A stretch of 63,508 nucleotides of DNA, the filler included, from Octopus bimaculoides (taxonomy: Eukaryota), in assembly GCF_001194135.2 (NCBI RefSeq). It is 5 parts of 4 records of this genome, joined end to end, with 100 filler letters (N's around TTAATTAATTAA, not from the genome) between each part and the next. Parts side by side here need not be neighbours in the genome. Positions count along the whole stretch, not along the records: positions 1 to 21,573 come from NC_069003.1; 4 more parts are not named here. One strand, given 5' to 3'. The notes under the pieces are model-generated. The model was not told where the DNA came from. It did not search any database and saw only the letters and a list, made by a program, of their open reading frames with translations. Positions 1-12,892 of the stretch are shown here, one piece after another. The translations under genes and the position numbers were made by a program. The stretch's first letter is position 1. The number at the start of each line of letters is the position of its first letter.

Positions 1-22
1 AGAGAGAGAGAGAGAGAGAGAG
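1..22. repeat. (AG)n microsatellite
   Basis: Pure AG dinucleotide run at the window start. Confidence 0.95.
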
Positions 23-425
23 TGAAGGTGAGGTAGTGAGAGCGATGGCGTGTCAGACGCGGCCATATTTCTCGCTAAGATAGATAAGGATCAATAGAGT
101 AAAGCGTTGAACTTTAGACCTTATCGTATTAGACGATATATCATAGTTTAGCTTTCCACATCCTGATACGTTAATTTCGTTTCATCGCTTCAACACGCTT
201 TCATTCTGTTTACTTACTTTGCTATTCTTATGTTTTTCACTTGCGTTATATTCTGTATATATATATACATATATATATATGCTAGTGTCTTGGTTCTCTT
301 ATGAACGTATCGATATGTCGGTGTGCGTTTGTGTGTTTGTGTGTTTGTGTCTGTGTCTGTGTGTCTATATATACATCTATATATATATATATGCAGACAT
401 ACACGCATAAGTACATACCTATATA

Positions 426-499
<74 letters not shown>

Positions 500-509
500 N
501 NNNNNNNNN

Positions 510-662
510 TGATGATGATGATGATGATGATGATGACGACGACGACGAAAACGACGACGACAACAACAACACTAATATTTACGATGATAATGGTGATGAT
601 GATATTGATGAAGAAGATGATGATGATGGTTATGACGACGATCACATCGGCAATGATGATGA
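510..662. repeat. Degenerate (GAT/GAC)n trinucleotide tract
   Basis: GAT/GAC/AAC triplet runs directly after a 10-N gap. Confidence 0.85.
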
Positions 663-840
663 TAATATCTGCTGCCTGAACAATGGCCACTAAACCAACA
701 CCAATAACATCAATACCAAGCACAAAATCAGCAATAATTGTATCGATTACATTTGGAGCAAAGAAATCACGTGATCGAAAGCGTAAAATGTGAATCTCTT
801 GAAGTATTTCTTCTTCTAATTATTATAATTGAGTTGCTAG

Positions 841-940
841 GTTCTGAATTCAACTTCCACCGAGCGAACGTTGTACTTCATCTTTCGGGAGCGATAAATA
901 AAGTACGAGTGAAAATCTGGTGCCATGTAATCGACTTAAC
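841..940 (+). mobile_element. Degenerate SINE family B fragment
   Basis: gttctgaattcaa...catctttcgggagcgataaataaagtac...atgtaatcgacttaa matches the body of the better-preserved copy at 54136. Confidence 0.6.
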
Positions 941-2141
941 CTTTGTCAGCTTCCTTAAATACTGATTGATCCTTGAGATCTTTTCAACTGTAAATACGGA
1001 TAACAAATTTTGGAAAAATTAAATTTTGGCAAATTTAAATGAAAAGTCTTTTTAAAAACATATTTTCCCAGTATTCAAATACAAGGGGCATTTTCCTTGT
1101 TTCTCTCCGTTTCTGTTTCTCTGCTTTGAGGTTTGGCTCTTGATGTCGAAACCGTAATCTTGTTTGAATTTGCAATGTAAGACCACATCATTCTTACACC
1201 GCTGAGCCCCATGAAATTCCATCAATTAATTAAACAACACACGTTTAGATCTCGTCTCCTCATTTATCATTTCGTGTGTTAAACCTTTCAAACAATTTAT
1301 GATTAATAATAAGGAAGATGTCTAGTTATATCTCCAAGCATCGTATTATTTGACAGATAAATTAAATGTTACGCATGTTTATGTTTATCAATTTGTTCAA
1401 CCAACAATTTATCTACACTTACAATGTATTATTAGAGTAACTATATTTTGCATTCTTCATTTTACAACATCATAAATGTCCAACCGCTTCTAAACCCAAC
1501 CCCCAGACACAAACAAATAAATTTCATACATTACGTGTCCAAATTACGACTGTCTACTCCAACTATATATTCATTTAACTGTGTTTTATTCGCTACCCGT
1601 TCTATCTTATGTAACACACACTGTTATTTTATTCAGCTGTGTGTTTTTCATTATAGAAAGCCGTTGCCTCAGAATACAATACGTTGCTACCTGAAATAAT
1701 AAGCACATTACATAATATAAATGCCTGAAACGTAATAACAATCTGTAACGGAGAATTCTGTGTGAAGATGCGGAATTTCTTTTATTGTGATTTTATTTTC
1801 AGAGATTTAAGTCTAAGTGTTTAATTTAACGTACTCTTCTTATCTCTTCAATATGTTTTCAATTACACGTCTTAGTAAATCATTTTCTTCATCTCTAAAT
1901 GTAATTAGACTTAGACAAACACACATACACACACACATACACATACTCACATACGCACATACACGCACGCATGCACGCACAAACTGGGCACACGCGCGAG
2001 GAGAAGCAGAAACAGACAAACGCAGGCGTCCACAGGAATCTATTTGTAAATATAATTCATACAAAGCATGCACACACAAAAATGCACATGGACGTAGACG
2101 GACAAACACAGAAACACGCAGAGACACACGCACCTACATTC

Positions 2142-2206
<65 letters not shown>

Positions 2207-2844
2207 NNNNNNNNNNNNNNNNNNNNNNNNNNNNNNNNNNNNNNNNNNNNNNNNNNNNNNNNNNNNNNNNNNNNNNNNNNNNNNNNNNNNNNNNNNNNNN
2301 NNNNNNNNNNNNNNNNNNNNNNNNNNNNNNNNNNNNNNNNNNNNNNNNNNNNNNNNNNNNNNNNNNNNNNNNNNNNNNNNNNNNNNNNNNNNNNNNNNNN
2401 NNNNNNNNNNNNNNNNNNNNNNNNNNNNNNNNNNNNNNNNNNNNNNNNNNNNNNNNNNNNNNNNNNNNNNNNNNNNNNNNNNNNNNNNNNNNNNNNNNNN
2501 NNNNNNNNNNNNNNNNNNNNNNNNNATATATATATATATATATATATATACATACATACACACACGTGCAGCGATTTTCTGTAAAAGATACGCCACAAAG
2601 ATGACTACATACATGATGTGGCGTCAGCTGAAAAGCTGGTGCTTTTCTCCTACTAGTCAGAGTTACTCTTTTGGGGGGCATATTGCGGCGAACGACTACA
2701 AATATCTCCAGGAGAGAAACTCGTACTCATGCAAGCGTCCATGTACACGCGCGCGCGCAGACACAGGCGTGAACACACACATACACACTTATATGTATAT
2801 GTGTGTTGACAAACATGTGGATATCTACATGCATGCACTTTAGC

Positions 2845-2990
2845 AATGTAACTACAGACGTGCTGTCGGTGATTATGTTTTAGCTTCTTTGGACTTCTCC
2901 CTTTTTCCTTTCCGAAGATGTGCTATGCTCGAAACGTCAAACAGTCTTTCCCCTTACTGCGCGTCGAACTAATAAGTTGTTTTGTTGTTT
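2845..2990 (+). mobile_element. Small non-coding repeat carrying a hammerhead-like motif (copy 1 of 3)
   Basis: Shares atgtaRctac...ggactt...ccgaaga...ctcgaaacgt with 23705-23905 and 40495-40715. Confidence 0.5.
2909..2941 (+). ncRNA. Degenerate minimal hammerhead-ribozyme-like motif
   Basis: ttt-CCGAAGA-T-GTGC-tat-GCTC-GAAA-C-GTC-aaa; 3-bp stem I and one mismatch in stem II. Confidence 0.3.
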
Positions 2991-5191
2991 GTTATCGTTC
3001 GTTTTAACGTTCATTTATTTAATTTGGCTATATATATATGGAGAAAATTTATATATATATATATATATATATATATGCATACAAACATAAATACACAGCG
3101 TGTGATTCGTAAATTGTCACCATTATATATTCTTAATTTCGCGAATGCGCATTGTTTCTTTCTGCTTTGTCGATTTTTTTCTCTCACCTGAAAACTATAA
3201 TTCCGCCGTCTTGTAAGTAAACTAAAGTGTCCTTTGATGTCTCTTTTAGTTCTTTATGAGTAAAAACGCTTGCGATATCATTCACCTGAGCACCATTGAA
3301 ACGTTTCATGTAAAAGATAAACGCTTTTTCTTTTGGATTTACTTAAATGAGAATAAACGAAAAGTGCATTTTTGATTCTAACGCGTCTGATATTGTGTGT
3401 TTTAACTTAAACGTGAGCCGTATACTTTTAAGAAATAGGCACTCCTGGACGCTATGATATACATCTACAAAGATAAATTGAACAGATTTGCTTCCGTTTT
3501 ATTGATCAATGTGTTTGAGACAATTTCTCACATCGGTGGTGGTTTGGATTGTATATTTTTGAATAAAAGGCTCAGTATTGTATTTTTTATGCGTGTTTTG
3601 ATGATGGGGACTTCTATATGGAAGCAGGTTAAACGCAAAACTAAGAAATACCATTGTTTTGTTCAAAGACGCACATTTTGTTTGATCAGTGCTTACCTGG
3701 AGGTAACACGTAGATTGTCTCGTTTCAGTCCACTGAACCCCTCTCTCGCTTCTGTGCTTCTGTTAACTTTGTCATTATCTTACTTTCTTGCTCTATTTCT
3801 TCTTCTACGAATTTACTTCTCTTTCAGTCTGTCTGTCAAGAATGAACCTGAGTCCCTCATGCACAAACCTATTACTGCCATCGAGCCATTCATCAACACA
3901 ATCATGGAAACCAGCAATGAATTTCCTTCAAGAAAGCCAACATCAGCATCATCACTATCAACATCAGTATATACACTAAAGTATCTATGAACACCAATCC
4001 AACCACGACCCATAACACAATTATGACTGACACTATTAGCACAATTATCCTAATGAGATGATGAGGAGCTATGAACACCCCCATCACCATCACCAACACC
4101 TACACCTCTTCTATAATCACATCAAACTCATCCTTCTCTCACAACCAAATATTCACATTCTGAACTCTCATTCCAAGACCGGCGCTTCCAGCAGAAAACA
4201 TTTAGCAAAACCAATGCCTCCATGATGATGATGATGATGATGTTAGTGAAGATAACGATGATGATGATGATGATTATCATCATCATCATCAACATTAATA
4301 TCATCATCATCACCGCCTCCCTCATAATACATCGCAAGTTCTACCAACACTGCCGCCGCCGCCACGACCACCACTACTAAAAGTCAGGACAACACCCCCT
4401 TCACTCTCTCACTCTCTCTCTCTCTCTCGCTCTCTCTCTCTGGCATCACTACTTCTATCGCACCCAACCCACCGCTCACCTCCTCACCCCACACTTCGCA
4501 GCCGATCAACTGAAATGCAAATTATTGCAGTAATTAACAGAGCAGATGTATTTTCAGGTTCACTTCAACAGTCAGTTGTATATCACTGTTAGAGCAGCTG
4601 ACGCTCTTGCTGTTGTTAATGATGATGATGATGATGATGATGGTGGAGAGGAGCACGCACATGCAGGCTGACAGGCATTACATTCCAGCTGTCTGCCCGT
4701 CCGTTTGTCTGTCTTCCTGGAAATGTGGTTTCTTGCAAACTGTACGAGTCTGTGTGTCTATGTGCCTGTCTGTCTTCATCACTAGGTATAAACATAGCCA
4801 CGAATACATACATGTATATATGCATACATATATTCATATATNNNNNNNNNNNNNNNNNNNNNNNNNNNNNNNNNNNNNNNNNNNNNNNNNNNNNNNNNNN
4901 NNNNNNNNNNNNNNNNNNNNNNNNNNNNNNNNNNNNNNNNNNNNNNNNNNNNNNNNNNNNNNNNNNNNNNNNNNNNNNNNNNNNNNNNNNNNNNNNNNNN
5001 NNNNNNNNNNNNNNNNNNNNNNNNNNNNNNNNNNNNNNNNNNNNNNNNNNNNNNNNNNNNNNNNNNNNNNNNNNNNNNNNNNNNNNNNNNNNNNNNNNNN
5101 NNNNNNNNNNNNNNNNNNNNNNNNNNNNNNNNNNNNNNNNNNNNNNNNNNNNNNNNNNNNNNNNNNNNNNNNNNNNNNNNNNNNNNNNNNN

Positions 5192-5238
<47 letters not shown>

Positions 5239-6519
5239 AGTCAGTAAGTGAATGTATGTGTGTACGTGAGTTTGCGTGTTTATAGTGCGTAGAGAGGCAG
5301 CTAGCTTCTACTTGCCTTTACTCGTCTGGGTGTGAGGAGGAATGGGGGTTGTGAGTGAGAGTGACGAGTGCAGATGCTTCAAAACAGTGTCATACGCCCG
5401 AACATTAATGATGTGCGTGCATAGGTATACGTGTAAATACGTATGTATATAATACGCTTATGTATGTATGTATATATGTATGTATGTATGTATGACAAAA
5501 ATGGTACAGGATAAGTAGAGGTGGTTCTGGTTTAAAGGAATGTTTAGCAGCGCAAGACTGTGCCTTGACGATAACTTTGAGGAAGAAACAAATAAGAAGA
5601 CTATTCGCACAAACGCCAATGTGCTCTCATTCAAATGAAACTTTTGCTTATAATTATTCGGAATATTTTGAGGCAGTTCAGAAGGAATAAAACGATTTAA
5701 ATATAAAAAAAGCTGCTATAAATTCTTGGATTCGAGACTATGGTAAAATGATCCATAAACGAGATTAGAAAAATTGTCGAGAAAAATGCATAGCATCGCA
5801 TGCGTCACCTAAATCGAGTATAGAGAAAGTCTACATCGCACAGTGAAAGCAAAACAAATAAATGCGAAATTAAAATCAAACTGAATCTCAGAACTGCGTG
5901 AAGAGATGTAAAAGTAAGGCATTGCATGGTAAATGCCTTACAATTACCACCAGCGATTCTGATGGTGATGCAAATATGGCAGCCATTGGTTGAATCTGGA
6001 ATCAGATATCTTTTCGATTAGATATCGTGTAATATAAACACTCCTTGATTTTACAGAATTTTCAATAATTTTCTCTCAGAATTCTGTTAAATCTAAATCC
6101 TATGTTTTTTATGTTGACCTGAGTGAAGCTGGCTTCTTTAACAAAAACTACTTTTTGAAGAATTTCACATCATTTTCTCCGCACAAGTTGTTCTTGTTAC
6201 TTTTAACCGTTATGATTAAATATTTTTCTACTATATTTAAAAAAAAGTGTTCCTCTCTTTCTCTTTCCTTTATGCACATTACGTCATGCAATTTGTGTTT
6301 GTCGTCTTCGTCTTGTGTGTAATATTGGTCTGGAGGTTATTCATTTTGCCGTTCCTGTGTCTGGTGGATATCATTCATTGGAAATTCCATGAAAATTGTT
6401 AACAAATAAAATATATCCTGTAAATGAAAACCACTTTTGTCAACTCTGGCCGAATCGAAATCAATAATATTGATACTAATGATGATGATGATGACAAAAA
6501 TAATAACACTTCTACTAAA

Positions 6520-6612
6520 GGCACAACGCCAGCATTTTGGGGGAGGGGGTTAGTTGATTATATCGACCCCAGTGTTCCACTGGTATTTATTTCATTTATC
6601 CCGAAGGGGATA
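6520..6612 (-). mobile_element. SINE family B 3' fragment
   Basis: tatatcgaccccagtgttccactggtatttatttcatttatcccgaaggg is the reverse complement of the family B body. Confidence 0.6.
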
Positions 6613-7013
6613 ACAAAAGCCTGCCTATTATCCAATCTCCAGGATAACAAAAGCCTGCCTATCCACTTGTGGCATGCACTTTACCTCACGTTTCAATATA
6701 TTTACATGTGAGAAACAATAATACTGATTATTATTATTTCAAAACTTTAAAAAAAGAACAACTTTTTTGTTGAGAAACGTAGTGAGTTTAAGAAGGAGAG
6801 TTTATGGCTGGTGTCAATTTTGGAAGGGAGAATATTCACCGATGAATCCGACAGGATAAGAAAAGTAGATTTAATTCAATGCCGCAAGACAAAATTCCAG
6901 CATTTTATCGATTCGAAATATGATGGAATATATATATATATTTATATATATATATATTTATATATATAGAAGATGCAAATATGTATAAATAGCAATTCCT
7001 TATTAGACCTTAC

Positions 7014-7315
7014 TTCGCGAATGTTTACAACGTGCTCGGCTCCGCCACCAACAAGCCGCCATTACATCCATCTCTATCAACAACAACAGCAAGAACAATA
7101 ACGAAAAGAAGAACAACGTTGATGACGTAAAAACAAGAAGCAGAACAACGAAAACAAATTCATGTTACAAAAGAAAAAATAAACGCGAATACAAACAGTT
7201 CAAATAAAAAAAAAAACTATGAAATTATCATAAAACAACAACAACAACAACAACAACAATTGCAGTGGAGGTGAAAAGAAGTAATTATTGTAATAAATAC
7301 GGCATTTGATTGGCT
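7014..7315 (-). promoter_or_regulatory. Promoter-like cluster with candidate first exon (CCAAT box, CRE-like site, ATG, donor)
   Basis: Minus strand: AGCCAATCA at 7307-7315; TGACGTAA at 7123-7130; in-frame ATGs at 7071 and 7062; donor GAA|GTAAGG after 7014. Motif inspection only. Confidence 0.3.
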
Positions 7316-7545
7316 GGGCTAACGAGGTAGTTATGGAGAAGGAGAAAGCAACGAAAAGCATAACACATAGTTAAGTCGTAAACGATTTCTTGCTGATTGT
7401 CAAACACGCGAACGGCTTAATATACAAACCACAAAACAGGGAAAATACGTTAGAAGACAAGAAAAAAAGTGACTCCTTCGTTTTTGATGTGACTAATGCA
7501 ATGTCATGTAGATCGCATGCAATTATATATACCTAAATATATACG

Positions 7546-7587
<42 letters not shown>

Positions 7588-8053
7588 GCGTCTACATACC
7601 CCCGCACGTACATATATCATACAAATATTTGTCGATTGTGTTCGTGTCAGCATACACGTATGAGTGTTGTGTTAGTATGCACCTATGCTTGTTTAGACAT
7701 ATGCATGTTCGCTTGCAGTGGTTTATTATTATAAATCTGAATGTTACTTGTATCACAAATGCACATATAATGTATCCATGCACACACAAACATAAACATA
7801 TATTTGGATGCATATCTGCATATATACATAAACATACGTATATATGTCTGAGGTTGTGTGGATGAGTGTGTATGCGTGTGTATGCGCGTGTGTATAACTG
7901 AAAATATATACGTGTTATTTTTTTATACGAATAACACTGAGTAATTTAAACACAGTTTTTATACGATAAATACAAACTTTATACAAAGAATGGAATTGTC
8001 TTTTAGTTTAATGTAAATCTTTTAATATAAATGGAAATAACAAGAGACATATG

Positions 8054-8107
<54 letters not shown>

Positions 8108-8528
8108 TATGTGTGTGTATATATATGCATATATATGTGTGTGTATATATACATATGTATATAAGTATGGGGACCAAGTATCGAGAACTCAGTACATTTG
8201 ATATAGTACTGAGGCGATATACATCATCTCTGTTAATTCAGTAAGCTTTCAGATATTGTTATTTAGAGATAGATGCCCCTCAGGCAAGCCACAGAAAGGG
8301 GTGACTGTTGATGAGATATCCCGTACGTTCGTTGATGCAGCAGTAATAGCGGTTATCGATGCATCATCTCACTCAACGAAAATTCTCTCAACCAGGCGAT
8401 CGTAGTAAATGCTCGTCTCCAGGCACGAAACTGCCGGTAACGATATATAAATTAACTTGTGTGCGTGTGTATACATACATATATATATATATATACAAAC
8501 ACACATATGTATATATGTATATATATAA

Positions 8529-8563
<35 letters not shown>

Positions 8564-9046
8564 NNNNNNNNNNNNNNNNNNNNNNNNNNNNNNNNNNNNN
8601 NNNNNNNNNNNNNNNNNNNNNNNNNNNNNNNNNNNNNNNNNNNNNNNNNNNNNNNNNNNNNNNNNNNNNNNNNNNNNNNNNNNNNNNNNNNNNNNNNNNN
8701 NNNNNNNNNNNNNNNNNNNNNNNNNNNNNNNNNNNNNNNNNNNNNNNNNNNNNNNNNNNNNNNNNNNNNNNNNNNNNNNNNNNNNNNNNNNNNNNNNNNN
8801 NNNNNNNNNNNNNNNNNNNNNNNNNNNNNNNNNNNNNNNNNNNNNNNNNNNNNNNNNNNNNNNNNNNNNNNNNNNNNNNNNNNNNNNNNNNNNNNNNNNN
8901 NNNNNNNNNNNNNNNNNNNNNNNNNNNNNNNNNNNNNNNNNNNNNNNNNNNNNNNNNNNNNNNNNNNNNNNNNNNNNNNNNNNNNNNNNNNNNNNNNNNN
9001 NNNNNNNNNNNNNNNNNNNNNNNNNNNNNTATATATCTCAGTCCGT

Positions 9047-9439
9047 GGAGGCGCAATGGCCTAGTGGTTAGGGCAGCGGACTCGTGGTCATAGGATCGCA
9101 GTTTCGATTCCCAGCCCAGGCGTTGTGAGTGTTTATTGAGCTAAAACACCTAAAGCCCCACGAGGCTCCGGCAGGGGATGGTGGCGAACCCTGCTGTACT
9201 CTTCCACCACAACTTTCTCTCACTCTCACTCTTTTCTTGTTTCTGTTGTGCCTGTAATTCAAAGGGTCAGCGTTGTCACACTGTGTCACGCTGAATATCC
9301 CCCGAGAACTACGTTAAGGGTACACGTGTCTGTGGAGTGCTCAGCCACTTGCACGTTAATTTCACGAGCAGGCGGTTCCGTTGATCGGATCGACTGGAAC
9401 CCTCGTCGTCGTCGTAAGCGACGGAGTGCCAACAACAAC
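9047..9439 (+). mobile_element. Full-length tRNA-derived SINE (family C, head variant 1)
   Basis: A box TGGCCTAGTGG, B box GTTTCGATTCC (9101-9111), 3' tail shared with 30951 and 58208, ends in (AAC)n. Confidence 0.85.
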
Positions 9440-9870
9440 GTTTTTAGTTATATATATATATCAACTAGTTCCATAAAGCAGCTCACAATTTTACATTAAT
9501 TTAAAGTACATGCAAATATTATGTTCAAAGCCAGATTTAAAAAAAAAACAAAAAAAAAAAAACAAAAAACCGAAGCAGACATCTTTAAACATTCGATGGT
9601 TGTTCTACAAATTTAACAGTGTATATTCACAGCAGGTGATTATATGCTATTTCAGCGTAATTTGAAACATTGACCAATTTTCCTACTAATTATTTCTGTA
9701 ATTACATATTTCTTTGCAGATTAATTAGTCTGCAAGATTAAAAATAAATTAGCGGTTCTGTTTATGTAATTATCAACTAAATACTTTTATCTCGCAAAGA
9801 CATAACAGATTTATAAAACAGAAGATTATAATGTCTATTGATAATAACAAAAAACTTGAACGATGTTTGG

Positions 9871-9906
<36 letters not shown>

Positions 9907-10700
9907 GTGTCTGTCTTATATCTCTTATATCTGTTTCTGGAGGTGTGTGTATGCGTGAGTGGATACTTACACATGGTTATGTGTAGGAATATTCTTTCAT
10001 CTGAATATTCGTACAGCTGCATGTGGACGTACGCATATACATATGTGTGTGTGTGTGTATCTAGGTATTTATATATATATATATATATNNNNNNNNNNNN
10101 NNNNNNNNNNNNNNNNNNNNNNNNNNNNNNNNNNNNNNNNNNNNNNNNNNNNNNNNNNNNNNNNNNNNNNNNNNNNNNNNNNNNNNNNNNNNNNNNNNNN
10201 NNNNNNNNNNNNNNNNNNNNNNNNNNNNNNNNNNNNNNNNNNNNNNNNNNNNNNNNNNNNNNNNNNNNNNNNNNNNNNNNNNNNNNNNNNNNNNNNNNNN
10301 NNNNNNNNNNNNNNNNNNNNNNNNNNNNNNNNNNNNNNNNNNNNNNNNNNNNNNNNNNNNNNNNNNNNNNNNNNNNNNNNNNNNNNNNNNNNNNNNNNNN
10401 NNNNNNNNNNNNNNNNNNNNNNNNNNNNNNNNNNNNNNNNNNNNNNNNNNNNNNNNNNNNNNNNNNNNNNNNNNNNNNNNNNNNNNNNNNNNNNNNNNNN
10501 NNNNNNNNNNNNNNNNNNNNNNNNNNNNNNNNNNNNNNNNNNNNNNNNNNNNNNNNNNNNNNNNNNNNNNNNNNNNNNNNNNNNNNNNNNNNNNNNNNNN
10601 NNNNNNNNNNNNNNNNNNNNNNNNNNNNNNNNNNNNNNNNNNNNNNNNNNNNNNNNNNNNNNNNNNNNNNNNNNNNNNNNNNNNNNNNNNNNNNNNNNNN

Positions 10701-10752
<52 letters not shown>

Positions 10753-11391
10753 ACTCCGTTTTAATGCGCCTGTGTTTATCAGTGTGCCTAGAAACCTTTT
10801 ATCTGCCGATGTTTATCTTGTGTGCGTGTGTATCCGCCTTCACTCACTTACTCACTTGTTAAAGATATGATCACTGTTCCACCTTTTGTTTCAGCTATCA
10901 TTTCCTCCCTTCTGCCCCCCTCCCCCTCCGTCTCTCACTCTCTCTCTCTCACACTCACACTCACACACAATCACTCACTCACACACATCTTTCTCGTCCT
11001 TCCTCCCCACGTATATATATATTTCGCATCACTCAGCATTTATATCTGCTGACTAACAGGTAACATTTAACTAACTTGTTCCGCTTTACGCTAATCTCGC
11101 AAAGTTGATTCGAAATAATTACTTGTCAGTTTTCGGGAACAGCAAAACACAAGATGGAGGGTACCACTGTAGGGTCACTCGAGTTGCTAGAAATAACAAC
11201 CGCATCATAATGCACTGGGTTAGAAAGCAGTGAGTCCTTGGGATATTGTAGATCGGAGGCTTAATCACTTCGTAGATGCGTGCCTTATGTTTCTCTTGGA
11301 AATTTCAAAGGAGACTCTCTTTGCGGGAGATTTTCAAGCATCGTCTTGTCAGCTATAGCGAAACCTAAAGGGCTGAGAGAAGATGAGAGAA

Positions 11392-11395
<4 letters not shown>

Positions 11396-11486
<91 letters not shown>

Positions 11487-11497
11487 GAGAGAGAGAG
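11396..11497. repeat. (GA)n microsatellite
   Basis: About 100 bp of nearly pure GA. Confidence 0.95.
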
Positions 11498-12184
11498 TGT
11501 GAGAGTGAGAAAGAGAGAAAAGGGGAGAGAGAGAGAGAGACATAGAGAAACAAGAATCAATGCCAGTATTCGAATGGTATTTAAAATGCCCCAAAACATG
11601 AAAAAGCGAAGTTCCGTCATTTAAAAAAAAATCTTTTTACGTCTTTTGCGTCCAGCGTTCAAATGCCACCAAGATTAACTTTAGCTTTTATATTTTCGGG
11701 TTTGATAAAGTATTATACCAGCCAAATACTCAGCTAAATGGTAATCAACTGAGCTTTACAACGGCAGAGGCTGAGCCTCTGTTACAAATAATTATTTCTT
11801 ACGGTTGAGTTTTCCATTCCTGGAATATAGATACACGCTGCCCTCTTAGCCAGATCATGGAAGCTACACGCTACCCCCTTACCAACGTACCTCCACACAG
11901 CCACGCACGCATACACCTATCTATATACATAAACACATACATATATACATACATTTATATACCTACATGTATACAGAGACAGACAGTCATACAAATATAT
12001 ACAATATATCAAAATATATCTTTATCTGTATATAATGACATATTTGTCTGTCTCGCTATATGTATGGAAGCATTCCAGTGTGTATATGCGGGCACCCCTC
12101 TCTTTCTCTCTCTCTCTCTCCCACACTCTCTATCTGTTTATCTCTCTCTCCCTCACTCTCCATCTGTTTATCTATCTCTCTCTC

Positions 12185-12247
<63 letters not shown>

Positions 12248-12841
12248 ATGTATATATATACATAGTTATGTATATATACTCACAAAAATACACACAAAGA
12301 GAAACGTGTACGTACATATATATAGAGACACACATACATACATGCATACATACATACATACATACATACATATTAGTGACACTGCCCGCTGGCAACGTAA
12401 TCTTATTCAATTCAAGAAAGAAAAGGAAAAAAAAATAATACACAAGACATTATTTCACAGAACACGGATTCCTTCTCAACACAAAACCTAACTGATTTAC
12501 ATTAGAAAAATTAGATTAATACCGAGACCAAATATATATAACATAAGGTGGTGTGCCTACTGCGCCATATACAACAATTGCAACAACAACAGCAGGAATC
12601 ATAGCCATGAACACATAAAGAAAAAAAAATTAGCCACGGACACATTTAACTTGATTAAAGCCGCAGGAATTTTGAGCTCCGTATGTTGTATTTTCTTGGA
12701 AATCCTTGAGGCGAAGGTAAGATATTTCCTTCCGAGAAGAAACTCTACAAAACCATCTGTTAAGGTGGAATACAAAAGAGTGAAATAATTTGCGACATTG
12801 TGTAGGATGTATGCCCCAGAGGGTTTAGCGTTCTAAATATG

Positions 12842-12892
<51 letters not shown>

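Noticed and set aside
3454-3827. N-terminal two-thirds of the 178-aa ORF at 3454-3990
   Set aside because: T-rich, intron-like composition ending in a pyrimidine tract; only the part after the 3827 acceptor is plausible.
5914-5941. 10-bp inverted repeat gtaaggcatt/aatgccttac
   Set aside because: An isolated small hairpin with no context; common by chance or in TE debris.
9047-9115. tRNA-like sequences with A and B boxes (also 30951, 42182, 53342, 54136)
   Set aside because: They run into conserved SINE bodies and lack a complete cloverleaf, so they are SINE heads, not tRNA genes.
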